Shown piece by piece: positions 46,026 to 54,891 of a DNA stretch of 64,000 nucleotides (its first letter is position 1; each line of letters begins with the position of its first letter). Source of the stretch: Oscillospiraceae bacterium (GTDB taxonomy: Bacteria; Bacillota; Clostridia; Oscillospirales; Oscillospiraceae); NCBI GenBank assembly GCA_017541995.1, contig JAFXYD010000070.1, positions 508-64,507 on the forward strand. Direction: 5' to 3'. A program made the position numbers and the translations under genes. Under the pieces are notes generated by a model. That model was given only the letters and a program-made list of their open reading frames with translations, was not told the origin of the DNA and did not search any database.

Positions 46026-47036
46026 ATGAAACGACTTTTCTGTATCACGGCGGCGATTATGCTCTGCGCCGCTTGCTTTGCTTTGCCTGTCTTTGCCCAG
46101 ACCGCCGCGCCTGTGCCCGCGGTTTCCGCGGGCTGCTGCGTGGTGATGGACGCCGACACCGGAGCTCTGCTCTGGTCCCGGCACCCCGATACCCCGGCGC
46201 TGATGGCCTCCACCACCAAGATCATGACCGCCTACCTGGCCTGCCTGGCCGGGGAGCCGGAGCGGCCCGTCGCCATTCCGGCGGAGGCCGTGGGGGTGGA
46301 GGGCTCCTCCCTGTATCTGAAGCAGGGGGAGATTCTGACCCGGCAGGAGCTGCTGCTGGGCACCCTGCTCCAATCCGGCAACGACGCCGCCCTGGCGCTG
46401 GCCATTGACGTGGCGGGCAGCGAGGCCGCCTTTGTGGAGCGGATGAACCAAAGCGCCCGGGAGCTGGGGCTGCAGAACACCCGCTACGCCAATCCCCACG
46501 GGCTGGACCAGGAGGGCAACTACAGCACCGCCCGGGATCTGGCCCTGCTGACGGCCCGGGCTCTGGAAAATCCGGCCTTTCGGCAGGCGGCCGCCACCCG
46601 CTCCGCAAGCGTGGCGGGGAACCGGGTGCTGCGCAACCACAACAAGCTGCTCTGGCACTGCCCCGGCTGCATCGGGGTCAAAACCGGCTATACCAAGGCC
46701 GCGGGCCGCCTGCTGGTGAGCGCGGCCCAGCGCATGGGCCGGACGCTGATCTGCGTCACCGTCAACGACCCCGACGACTGGCGGGACCATATGGCCCTCT
46801 ATGACTGGGCCTTCGGGCAGTACGAGATCCGGACCGTGGCCCGGGCGGGAGCGCCTCTGCTCCGCGCCCCGGACGGCACGCCTCTGCTGGCCCGGGCCGG
46901 GCTGGAGCTGGCTCTGGCCCCCGGGGAGGAGCCCAGGCTGGTCTGCGTCCCCGGCCTGTCCTACGCCGACCCCGGCGCCGTGCGGGTGCTGCTGAACGGA
47001 AAAGCCGTGGCGGAGATTCCCGTTTCCAGGGGATAA
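46026..47036 (+). CDS. serine-type D-Ala-D-Ala carboxypeptidase (S11)
   Basis: Signal peptide, SxxK ASTTKIMT, SxN QSGND, KTG GVKTGYT. Confidence 0.85.
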   Translation: MKRLFCITAAIMLCAACFALPVFAQTAAPVPAVSAGCCVVMDADTGALLWSRHPDTPALMASTTKIMTAYLACLAGEPERPVAIPAEAVGVEGSSLYLKQGEILTRQELLLGTLLQSGNDAALALAIDVAGSEAAFVERMNQSARELGLQNTRYANPHGLDQEGNYSTARDLALLTARALENPAFRQAAATRSASVAGNRVLRNHNKLLWHCPGCIGVKTGYTKAAGRLLVSAAQRMGRTLICVTVNDPDDWRDHMALYDWAFGQYEIRTVARAGAPLLRAPDGTPLLARAGLELALAPGEEPRLVCVPGLSYADPGAVRVLLNGKAVAEIPVSRG

Positions 47037-47042
47037 ACAAGC

Positions 47043-47957
47043 ATGAAAGAACGACTGCAAAAGCTCATCGCCGCCGCGGGGCTCTGCTCCCGGCGGACGG
47101 CGGAGGAATGGATCATCCAGGGCAAGGTCACCGTGGACGGGGACCTTGCCCGGCTTGGCGATACGGCGGACCCGGAGCGGAACGAGATTCTGGTGGAGGG
47201 CCGCCCTCTGCCCGCCGCCCCGGCCAAAACCACCACCGTTCTGCTGAACAAGCCCCGGGGGGTGGTCACCACCCTCTCCGACGAGAAGGGCCGCCCCACC
47301 GTGGCCCGGCTGCTGCCCCCGGAGCTGGGGCGGCTCTACCCCGTGGGCCGTCTGGACCAGTTCTCCGAGGGCCTGCTGCTGATGACCAACGACGGCGAGC
47401 TGGCAAACCGCCTGACCCACCCGGCGGGGGAGGTCCGCAAGACCTACCGCCTCTGGGTCTCCGGCTGGCATGAGGAGGCCCTGGCCCTGCTCCGGCGGCC
47501 CATCGAGCTGGACGGGTATCGGATCAAGCCGCCGGAGGTGCGGCTGGTGTGGGTGCGTCAGGCAACAGGCAACAGGCAACAGGCAACTGGGGACGCACCC
47601 GTCCGTAGCGGCGAGCATTGCTCGCCACAGGAACCCCGCTCCGATGAGGCAACAGGGCAGGGAATCGGGAATCGGGAATCGGGAATCGGGGACGCGGGAA
47701 CGGGTCCTTCGACTCCGCTGCGCTCCGCTCAGGACGACGGATCCGAAACGAGGGCGCACATAGCCACCGCCCTGCTGGAGATCACCATCCACGAGGGGCG
47801 GAATCGGCAGATCCGCCGCATGGCCCAGGCCGCAGGCCTCACCCCCACCCGCCTCCAGCGCGTGGCTGAGGGCCCCATTACCCTGGGGGATCTGAAGCCC
47901 GGCCAGTGGCGGGAGCTGAGCGAAGCGGAGCTTCGGGAATTGAGAATTGAGAATTGA
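47043..47957 (+). CDS. rluB: RluB-like rRNA pseudouridine synthase (S4 domain + RsuA/RluB catalytic domain) carrying a ~65-aa repeat-encoded insertion and a repeat-encoded C-terminus
   Basis: S4 domain RLQKLIAAAGLCSRRTAEEWI. Catalytic GRLDQFSEGLLLMTNDG. HEGRNRQIRRM. Last residues RELRIEN* lie in the GAGAATT array. Confidence 0.8.
   Translation: MKERLQKLIAAAGLCSRRTAEEWIIQGKVTVDGDLARLGDTADPERNEILVEGRPLPAAPAKTTTVLLNKPRGVVTTLSDEKGRPTVARLLPPELGRLYPVGRLDQFSEGLLLMTNDGELANRLTHPAGEVRKTYRLWVSGWHEEALALLRRPIELDGYRIKPPEVRLVWVRQATGNRQQATGDAPVRSGEHCSPQEPRSDEATGQGIGNRESGIGDAGTGPSTPLRSAQDDGSETRAHIATALLEITIHEGRNRQIRRMAQAAGLTPTRLQRVAEGPITLGDLKPGQWRELSEAELRELRIEN
47556..47760. repeat. composite insertion of four repeat modules inside rluB
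   Basis: (GCAACAG)x3+1 at 47562-47589. GTAGCGGCGAGCATTGCTCGCCAC hairpin. (GGGAATC)x4 at 47660-47687. 26-nt core at 47713-47738. Confidence 0.85.
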
Positions 47958-48007
47958 GAGTTGGAAACACCGATCATTCTCAATTCTCAACCCTCAATTC
48001 TCAATTC
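47936..48007. repeat. heptamer-armed hairpin (GAGAATT type) containing the rluB stop codon
   Basis: GGAATTGAGAATTGAGAATTGAGAG ... loop ... CTCAATTCTCAACCCTCAATTCTCAATTC. Confidence 0.9.
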
Positions 48008-48021
48008 AAAGGATAAGCGTT

Positions 48022-49368
48022 ATGAACGAATACGACGTAATCGTAATCGGCGGCGGGGCCGCCGGGATGTTTGCCGCCGTCCAGGCGGGCTACGCCGGGG
48101 CCAGGGTCCTGCTGCTGGAGCCCAACGAGCGCCTGGGCAAAAAACTGTATATTACGGGGAAGGGCCGCTGCAATCTCACCAACAACTGCTCCTGGCAGGA
48201 GGTGCTGAAAAACGTACCCACCAATCCCCGCTTTCTGTATTCCGCCCTGTCGGGCTTTACGCCGGAGGATACGATCAGCTTTTTTGAGTCCCACGGCTGC
48301 GAGACCAAGACGGAGCGGGGCAACCGGGTCTTTCCGGTGTCCGACAAGTCCGCCTCCGTGGTGGATGCCCTGAAGACCGCCCTGGGCTACGCCGGGGTGG
48401 AGATCCGCCGGGCAAGGGCGAAAGAGCTGCTCGTCGAAAACGGGCACATTTCCGGGGTCCGCACGGACAGGGGGGACTATTTTGCCCCGGCCGTGATCCT
48501 GGCGACGGGCGGCAAATCCTACCCCGCCACCGGCTCCACCGGGGACGGCTGCCGCATGGCGCAGGCCCTGGGCCACAGCATCGTGCCCCCCGTGGGCTCC
48601 CTGGTGCCCCTGGTGGAGGAGGGGGACTGCTGCGCCAAAATGCAGGGCCTGGCCCTGCGGAATATCAGCATTCGGCTGTATGAATGTACCGACGGGGCAA
48701 CAGGCAACAGGCAACAGGCAACAGATCCAGACTGTCATTCCGAGCGAAGCGAGGAATCCGTTTCCCCTTCCTCCGTCCCCTGTGCGACCCACGCCAAGCC
48801 CGTCTTTGAGGAATTCGGGGAGCTGCTCTTCACCCACTTCGGCCTCTCCGGGCCGGTGATCCTCTCCGCCTCGGCCCACATGGAAGCAGGGAAGGCGTAC
48901 ACGGTTGAGATCGACCTGAAGCCCGCCCTGGACGAGGCCACCCTGGACGCCCGGATCCTCCGGGACTTTGCCGCGGCCAAGAACCGCAGCTTCGAGAACG
49001 CCCTGTCGGGCCTCTACCCCAAGACCCTGATCCCCGTGATGGTGGCCCGCTCCGGCATCCCCGGCGACACTAAGGTGAACGCCGTCACCAGGGAGCAGCG
49101 CCGGGCCCTTCTGGAGCTCACCAAGCACTTCACCGTGGCAATCCGGGGCAAGCGCCCCGTGGAGGAGGCCATCGTCACCTCCGGCGGCGTTTCCGTGAAG
49201 GAGATCGACCCGAAAACCATGGAAAGCAAGCTGGTCCCCGGCCTCTACTTCGCCGGGGAAGTCATGGACGTGGACGCCTACACCGGCGGCTTCAACCTGC
49301 AAATCGCCTGGAGTACGGGCTACGCCGCCGCCCAGGCCGCTGTAAAAGGAACAGGTAATAAGGAATAA
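48022..49368 (+). CDS. HI0933/YhiN-like NAD(P)/FAD-dependent oxidoreductase with a repeat-encoded internal insertion
   Basis: YDVIVIGGGAAGMFAA, ITGKGRCNLTN, LFTHFGLSGP, C-terminal YFAGEVMDVDAYTGGFNLQ. Start at ATG 48022, because the listed extension is repeat-encoded. Confidence 0.8.
   Translation: MNEYDVIVIGGGAAGMFAAVQAGYAGARVLLLEPNERLGKKLYITGKGRCNLTNNCSWQEVLKNVPTNPRFLYSALSGFTPEDTISFFESHGCETKTERGNRVFPVSDKSASVVDALKTALGYAGVEIRRARAKELLVENGHISGVRTDRGDYFAPAVILATGGKSYPATGSTGDGCRMAQALGHSIVPPVGSLVPLVEEGDCCAKMQGLALRNISIRLYECTDGATGNRQQATDPDCHSERSEESVSPSSVPCATHAKPVFEEFGELLFTHFGLSGPVILSASAHMEAGKAYTVEIDLKPALDEATLDARILRDFAAAKNRSFENALSGLYPKTLIPVMVARSGIPGDTKVNAVTREQRRALLELTKHFTVAIRGKRPVEEAIVTSGGVSVKEIDPKTMESKLVPGLYFAGEVMDVDAYTGGFNLQIAWSTGYAAAQAAVKGTGNKE
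48694..48795. repeat. (GCAACAG)x4 plus GTCATTCCGAGCGAAGCGAGGAATC hairpin module, in frame inside the oxidoreductase gene
   Basis: Perfect units at 48697-48724. Translated GATGNRQQATDPDCHSERSEESVSP. Confidence 0.85.
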
Positions 49369-49405
49369 GGATAATTCTCAACTCTCAATTCTCAATTCTC
49401 AATTC
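49347..49405. repeat. two abutting heptamer arrays (degenerate AGGAATA x4, then TTCTCAA x4) spanning the oxidoreductase stop codon
   Basis: AGGAACA GGTAATA AGGAATA AGGATAA TTCTCAA CTCTCAA TTCTCAA TTCTCAA. TAA stop at 49366-49368. Confidence 0.85.
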
Positions 49406-49421
49406 ACAGGAGGTTGTACAT

Positions 49422-50108
49422 ATGGACAAGTTTATTTCCGTCGCCATTGACGGGCCTGCCGGGGCGGGGAAGAGCACCATCGCCCGGCGGGTGGCCCGGG
49501 AGCTGGGCTATCTCTACGTGGACACCGGGGCCATCTACCGCACCGTGGGCTACCACATGAGCCTCATGGGCATCGGCCCCAAGGACAGGGACGGCATCGA
49601 GCGCTGCATCGACGATGTGAATATCCAAATTGACTACCAGGACGACGGGATTCAGCACATGATCCTCAACGGCCAGGACGTGACGGAGCTGATCCGAACC
49701 CCGGAAATGTCCAAAATGGCCTCCGGGGTGGCGGCCCAGAGCTGCGTCCGGGACTACCTGCTGGACATGCAGCGCAGCCTGGCCCGTACCCACAACGTGG
49801 TAATGGACGGCCGGGACATCGGCACCGTGGTGCTGCCCCAGGCCACCGTCAAGGTCTTCCTCACCGCCTCCGCCGAGGTCCGGGCGGACCGCCGCTTCAA
49901 GGAGCTGACGGCCAAGGGGGAGCAGGTCAAATACGAGGACGTGTACGTCGACATTGTCAAGCGGGATGAACAGGACATGAACCGGAAGATCGCCCCTCTG
50001 AAGTGCGCCGACGACGCGGAGGTTCTGGACTGCTCCCAGCTGAGCATCGACCAGGTGGTGGCGGAGATGAAGGCCATCATCCGAAAGAAGGCGAGCAGCC
50101 ATGAATGA
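49422..50108 (+). CDS. cmk: (d)CMP kinase
   Basis: ISVAIDGPAGAGKSTIARRVARELGYLYVDTGAIYR. Confidence 0.9.
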   Translation: MDKFISVAIDGPAGAGKSTIARRVARELGYLYVDTGAIYRTVGYHMSLMGIGPKDRDGIERCIDDVNIQIDYQDDGIQHMILNGQDVTELIRTPEMSKMASGVAAQSCVRDYLLDMQRSLARTHNVVMDGRDIGTVVLPQATVKVFLTASAEVRADRRFKELTAKGEQVKYEDVYVDIVKRDEQDMNRKIAPLKCADDAEVLDCSQLSIDQVVAEMKAIIRKKASSHE

Positions 50109-50814
50109 GGCAACAGGCAACAGGCAACAGGCAACAGAGACCGTAGGGGCGGCCATTGGCCGTCCGCCCGAGGCAGCCGGGAAGAAGCCGAAGAAGAAGG
50201 AATACGGCAACGGCTTTGCCGTCCGATACATCTATCCCATTCTCTGGTGGATTCTGCGGATTGTCCTGTCTCTGTACCATTGGTCCAGCTTCCGGGGCCG
50301 GGAGAATCTGCCGGAGGGACCCTGCGTGATCTGCGCCAACCACTCCGGCTTCGCGGATCCGCTTTGGGTCTTCCTGCTGATGAAGACCCGGATGCCGCCC
50401 TGGACCATGGCCCGGAAGAGCCTCTTTGAGAAGCCGATCTTCGGCCGCTTTCTGGCGGCCTTTCGGGCCTTCCCGGTGGACCGGGACCACGCGGACATGG
50501 CCGCCGTCAAGAAATCCCTCTCCGTGCTGAAGAACGGGGAGAAGCTGCTGATCTTCCCAGAGGGAACCCGGGTGAAGAAGGGCAAGAAGTCCGAGCCCAA
50601 GTCCGGGGCGGTGCTCCTGGCCCAGCGGGCCGGGGTGCCCTTGGTGCCGGTGTACATCACCCACGGCCGCAAGCCCTTCCAGCCCATCCGGGTCATCATG
50701 GGCGAGGCCTACACCCCCGCCTACTCCTCCCGCCGCCCCGACTCCGAGGAGTTGGAGCGGCACACGGCGGAGCTGATGGAACGCATTTACGAGATGGGGG
50801 AAGCATCGAAATGA
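50101..50814 (+). CDS. plsC: 1-acyl-sn-glycerol-3-phosphate acyltransferase with repeat-encoded N-terminal extension
   Basis: ICANHSGFADP (NHxxxxD) and FPEGTR. The only in-frame start is ATG 50101 (ATGAATGA overlap with cmk), so the repeat is translated. Confidence 0.8.
   Translation: MNEATGNRQQATETVGAAIGRPPEAAGKKPKKKEYGNGFAVRYIYPILWWILRIVLSLYHWSSFRGRENLPEGPCVICANHSGFADPLWVFLLMKTRMPPWTMARKSLFEKPIFGRFLAAFRAFPVDRDHADMAAVKKSLSVLKNGEKLLIFPEGTRVKKGKKSEPKSGAVLLAQRAGVPLVPVYITHGRKPFQPIRVIMGEAYTPAYSSRRPDSEELERHTAELMERIYEMGEASK
50110..50172. repeat. (GCAACAG)x4 plus CCGTAGGGGC-type hairpin at the 5' end of plsC
   Basis: Perfect units at 50110-50137, then GACCGTAGGGGCGGCCATTGGCCGTCCGCCC. Confidence 0.85.
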
Positions 50815-52784
50815 ACGTGATTGTGTCGGAAAATTCGGGCTTCTGCTTCGGCGTGCAGCGGGCGGTGGACACCGTGGAGCAGGTGGCCCGGGAGGGCGGG
50901 GCCGTGGTGACCCTGGGGCCCATCGTCCACAACCGCCACGTGGTGGAGCGCTTCAACGCCCTGGGGGTCCGGGAGGCGGGCTCCGTGGCGGAGATCCCCG
51001 CGGGGGCCACCGTCATCATCCGGGCCCACGGCGTGGGCCGGGCCGTCTACGAGGCCCTGGAGGCCCGGGGCCTGCGGGTGGTGGACGCCACCTGCCCCTT
51101 TGTGGACCGGATCCACAAGCTGGTGCGCCGGGCGGAGGCCGAGGGCCGCAAGCCCGTGATCTACGGCACCCGAACCCACCCCGAGGTGGTGGGCATTTCC
51201 GGCTGGTGCCGGGATCCGCTGGTGGTGGAGAGCCCCGAGGAGCTGGAAAACTGGCTCTCAGAGGAGCCGGAACGCCGGAATATGCCCCTGGCACTGGTGG
51301 CGCAGACCACTTCCAATCAAAATTTGTGGAAAAAATATGGAGAAATCGTAAATTCCCACTGTACAAATTGCAAAAAATTTGATACAATATGCGAAGCGAC
51401 TGAAAATAGGCAGAATGCTGCCGCTGAGCTGGCCGCCCAAAGCGACGCCATGGTGGTGGTGGGCGACCGCGGCAGCTCCAATACCAGGCAGCTGGCCGCC
51501 ATTTGCCGGGCCCATTGCGGCAGGGTCTATGCGGTGGACAACGCCGCCGAGCTGGCGGACTGCGATTTTTCAGGCATTCATACCATTGGCATCACGGCAG
51601 GGGCATCGACGCCTGCGTGGATTATAAAGGAGGTCAATCAAACCATGGATGAAATCAAAACTGCAGAAAATACTGCAACGGAGGAAAGCTTCGAGGCGCT
51701 GCTTGACGCCAGTATCAAGACTCTGAACACAGGAGATACGGTCACAGGCACAGTCGTCGCCATCGGCACCACCGAAGTCCAGGTTGATCTTGGGACCAAG
51801 CACGCCGGTTATATCCCCTGTGACGAAGTCAGCGCCGATCCCAACGTCAAGCCCGAGGACGTGCTCCATGTGGGCGACGAGATCAAGGTCTTCGTCGTTC
51901 GCGTCAACGATCAGGAAGGCACCGTGCAGCTCAGCCGCAAGAAGCTGGACGGCATGCGGGTCTGGGACGAGCTGCAGGAAGCGGCCGACAACAAGACTCC
52001 CGTGGAAGCCAAGATCACCGAGACCAACAAGGGCGGCCTGGTGGCCAACGTCAAGGGCGTTCGGGTGTTCATCCCCGCCTCCGCCTCCGGCGTGGCCCGG
52101 GGCGGCAACCTGGAGGAGCTGAAGGGCCAGACGGTCCGCATCCGCATCACCGAGGTCAACCGCGAGCGCCGCGGCGGCCGTGTGGTGGGCTCCATCCGCG
52201 CTGTGGCCAACGAGGAGCGCAAGGCTGCCCAGGAGAAGATCTGGTCCGAGATCGAGGTGGGCAAGAAGTACACCGGCACCGTGAAGTCCCTGACTTCCTA
52301 CGGCGCCTTCGTGGACATCGGCGGCGTGGACGGCATGGTCCATGTTTCCGAGCTCAGCTGGCGGCGGATCAAGAATCCCGCCGAGGTGGTCAAGGTCGGC
52401 GACGTCATCGACGTCTACGTCATTGCCCTGGATCCCGAGAAGCGCAAGATCTCCCTGGGCTACAAGACCGCTGAGATGAACCCCTGGAACCAGTTCACCG
52501 CCAAGTACAGCGTGGGCGACGTGGCCAAGGTCAAGGTTGTCAAGATGATGACCTTCGGCGCCTTCGCCGAGATCGTTCCCGGCGTGGACGGCCTGATCCA
52601 CATCTCCCAGATCGCGGATCGCCGCATCGGCAAGCCCGAGGACGTGCTGAGCGTCGGCCAGGAAGTGGACGCCAAGATCATCGACATCGACGCCGAGAAC
52701 AAGCGTATCTCCCTTTCCATCCGGGCCCTGCTGGAGCCCACCGTGGAGGAGCAGGCGCAGGCTCTGGCCGAGGACGCCGAGTAA
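50811..52784 (+). CDS. ispH: bifunctional 4-hydroxy-3-methylbut-2-enyl diphosphate reductase / ribosomal protein S1 fusion
   Basis: N-terminus SGFCFGVQRAVD (IspH), C-terminal four S1 repeats (e.g. GTVKSLTSYGAFVDIGGVDGMVHVSELS). Confidence 0.85.
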   Translation: MNVIVSENSGFCFGVQRAVDTVEQVAREGGAVVTLGPIVHNRHVVERFNALGVREAGSVAEIPAGATVIIRAHGVGRAVYEALEARGLRVVDATCPFVDRIHKLVRRAEAEGRKPVIYGTRTHPEVVGISGWCRDPLVVESPEELENWLSEEPERRNMPLALVAQTTSNQNLWKKYGEIVNSHCTNCKKFDTICEATENRQNAAAELAAQSDAMVVVGDRGSSNTRQLAAICRAHCGRVYAVDNAAELADCDFSGIHTIGITAGASTPAWIIKEVNQTMDEIKTAENTATEESFEALLDASIKTLNTGDTVTGTVVAIGTTEVQVDLGTKHAGYIPCDEVSADPNVKPEDVLHVGDEIKVFVVRVNDQEGTVQLSRKKLDGMRVWDELQEAADNKTPVEAKITETNKGGLVANVKGVRVFIPASASGVARGGNLEELKGQTVRIRITEVNRERRGGRVVGSIRAVANEERKAAQEKIWSEIEVGKKYTGTVKSLTSYGAFVDIGGVDGMVHVSELSWRRIKNPAEVVKVGDVIDVYVIALDPEKRKISLGYKTAEMNPWNQFTAKYSVGDVAKVKVVKMMTFGAFAEIVPGVDGLIHISQIADRRIGKPEDVLSVGQEVDAKIIDIDAENKRISLSIRALLEPTVEEQAQALAEDAE

Positions 52785-52881
52785 GCCAAACAAACGCCGT
52801 TCCCCATGCAAGGCCTCCGCTTTGCATGGGGAACGTTTTCAGTTGTCAACGATCCGTGACTATGAAGAAAGGAGCCGCTCC

Positions 52882-54651
52882 GTGAAAAAGACGATTTGTC
52901 TGATCTTAGCGCTGATCCTCCTGGCGGCAAGCTTCTCCGCCTGCGGCGGGGACGGGGCCGCCGAGCCCCTCCTGGCTGAGCGGGGCAAGGTGGAGCGGGA
53001 GCCCATCGGGGATCTGAAGCCGGCGCAGAACGCCGAGGCCATTCTGGAGGCCCTGCAAAACGCCGGACGGACCTTCGCCGGGCCGGACAGCCAGGACGCC
53101 CCCCGGGCCGAGGGCCTGCGGCTGGCCGCCGCGGGAGCCGCCCAGGGCGACACCGTGGCCGCCCTGGGGGATTATATCTATATGCTGGACAGCTACGGCC
53201 TGGTGATCCTCTCCATGGCGGGGGAGCGCAGCGAGATCCTCTCCTATACCCGGGTGGAGAAGGCCGGGAACGGCTTTGCCCAGCGGCTTTATCTTGCCGA
53301 GGACCGGGCCGCCGTGGTCTACACCGTCTCCGGCTACGACCCGGAGCTGGGCACCGGCTGGGAGGACAGCGACGAGGTCCACGTGGCCTTCCTGGACACC
53401 GCCGACAAGCGGGCGCCCCGGCTGCTGACGGAGACCGTGGTGGCGGGCAGCCTGGTGGATGCCCGCCTGGTGGAGAACAGGCTCTGCCTGGTGACGCGGC
53501 AAGGCCTTCTGGCCCTGCCCGAGGAAGCCGAGGCGCTGCTGCCCAGCCTGACGGAGAACGGAAAGACCCTGCGGCTGGATCCCCTGGACGTGTATCTGAG
53601 CCCCGAGCCCGACCGGGCGGCGCTGAGCATGATCTCCGCCCTGCGGATGGAGGACGGCCGGGTGACCGACGCCATCGCCTTCACCGGCACGGTGGAAGGC
53701 GTGGGAGGCCGGGACCGGGACTTCTTCCTTTGCCGGACCTTCTGGACCGAGGAGCTCTCCGAGCCCCGCCGGGAGGAGCCCTATACCGTGGTGGACTGCA
53801 CCGTCAGCGCCCGGACCGAGCTCAAGCACCTGCGGCTGGACAATGGCCTGCAGCTGCTGGGAGGCTGCGTGCTGGAGGGGGCCCTTCCGGACGTTTCGGC
53901 CCTGGGAGTGCTGGAGGGCGGCCTCTGCGCCGTCACCGGCGCCGACAGCCGCAGCTTCTCCGCCTACACCGATGAGAAGCACGGCTGGACCAACTACGAG
54001 GAAGGCGGCAGCCTGCGCTCCAGTCAGCTGGCGGTGCTGAATGAAGAACTGGAGCTCAGCGGCGCCCTGACCAGCCTGGGCGGCGAGGCTGGGCTGGCGG
54101 ACTGCCGCTTTGCCGGCGGCGCAGCCTGGCTCAGCGCCGCGGGGGAGAGCGGCGCGGTGCATACCGTGGATCTCCGGGATCCCGCGGCCCCCAGCCCCGC
54201 CGGGGATCTGGCGGTGGAAGGGGAGACCCTCTATCTCCGGGAATTCGGGGCGGGTCTGGTGCTCTGCCTGGAGGCGCCCGCCGGAGAGGGGGACTGGCGG
54301 CTGACCATGTTCGACCTGCGCGATCCCGCCGCTCCTAAAGCCCTGGATACCCTCCGCCTGGAAAATCCCCCCGCCGGGGCTCTGACGGATCCCGGCGCCC
54401 TGTTCACGGACCCCGCCGCCGGACTGGCGGGCCTGCCCGTGCGCAAGGGGGAGCGGAACCAATATCTGCTGCTGCACTGGACCGGCGAGGCCTGGAAGGA
54501 GCGGGGCAGCCTGGCTCTGGAATACCTCCCGGACAACGCCCGGGCGATTCTGAAGGACGGCCTGCTCTATATCTGCACCCCCGGCGAGGTCTGCGTGGTC
54601 GATCCGGAGCGCGCCCAGCCGGTGGCAACGGTGTCCAACGCCGTGGGATAA
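52882..54651 (+). CDS. secreted beta-propeller domain lipoprotein
   Basis: AAAGGAG RBS before GTG 52882. Lipobox LAASFSACGG. Overall resemblance to the beta-propeller domain (PF09826-type) family. Confidence 0.55.
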   Translation: MKKTICLILALILLAASFSACGGDGAAEPLLAERGKVEREPIGDLKPAQNAEAILEALQNAGRTFAGPDSQDAPRAEGLRLAAAGAAQGDTVAALGDYIYMLDSYGLVILSMAGERSEILSYTRVEKAGNGFAQRLYLAEDRAAVVYTVSGYDPELGTGWEDSDEVHVAFLDTADKRAPRLLTETVVAGSLVDARLVENRLCLVTRQGLLALPEEAEALLPSLTENGKTLRLDPLDVYLSPEPDRAALSMISALRMEDGRVTDAIAFTGTVEGVGGRDRDFFLCRTFWTEELSEPRREEPYTVVDCTVSARTELKHLRLDNGLQLLGGCVLEGALPDVSALGVLEGGLCAVTGADSRSFSAYTDEKHGWTNYEEGGSLRSSQLAVLNEELELSGALTSLGGEAGLADCRFAGGAAWLSAAGESGAVHTVDLRDPAAPSPAGDLAVEGETLYLREFGAGLVLCLEAPAGEGDWRLTMFDLRDPAAPKALDTLRLENPPAGALTDPGALFTDPAAGLAGLPVRKGERNQYLLLHWTGEAWKERGSLALEYLPDNARAILKDGLLYICTPGEVCVVDPERAQPVATVSNAVG

Positions 54652-54672
54652 TAAACAAAGTGAGATTGGATT

Positions 54673-54888
54673 ATGAAGCAAGAAAAAATTGATCGCATCA
54701 ACGCCCTGGCCCGAAAGGCCAGGGCCGAGGGCCTCACCGAGGCGGAGCAGGCCGAGCGGGACGCCCTGCGGAAGGAATACGTGGCCGCCGTCAAAGCCAG
54801 CCTGGTGGGCCATCTGGACAATACCTGGATCGTGGACGGGCAGGGGAACAAGCGCCCCCTGCCCCGCCGCGACGGAAAGAGAGGATAA
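54673..54888 (+). CDS. DUF896 (UPF0291/YnzC-like) protein
   Basis: KIDRINALARKARAEGLTEAEQAERDALRKEY. Confidence 0.75.
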   Translation: MKQEKIDRINALARKARAEGLTEAEQAERDALRKEYVAAVKASLVGHLDNTWIVDGQGNKRPLPRRDGKRG

Positions 54889-54891
54889 GCC

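Noticed and set aside
50811-52784. IspH-S1 fusion considered as a novel gene fusion or misassembly
   Set aside because: To my recollection this bifunctional arrangement is a known feature of Clostridia. The frame is continuous and both halves are intact.
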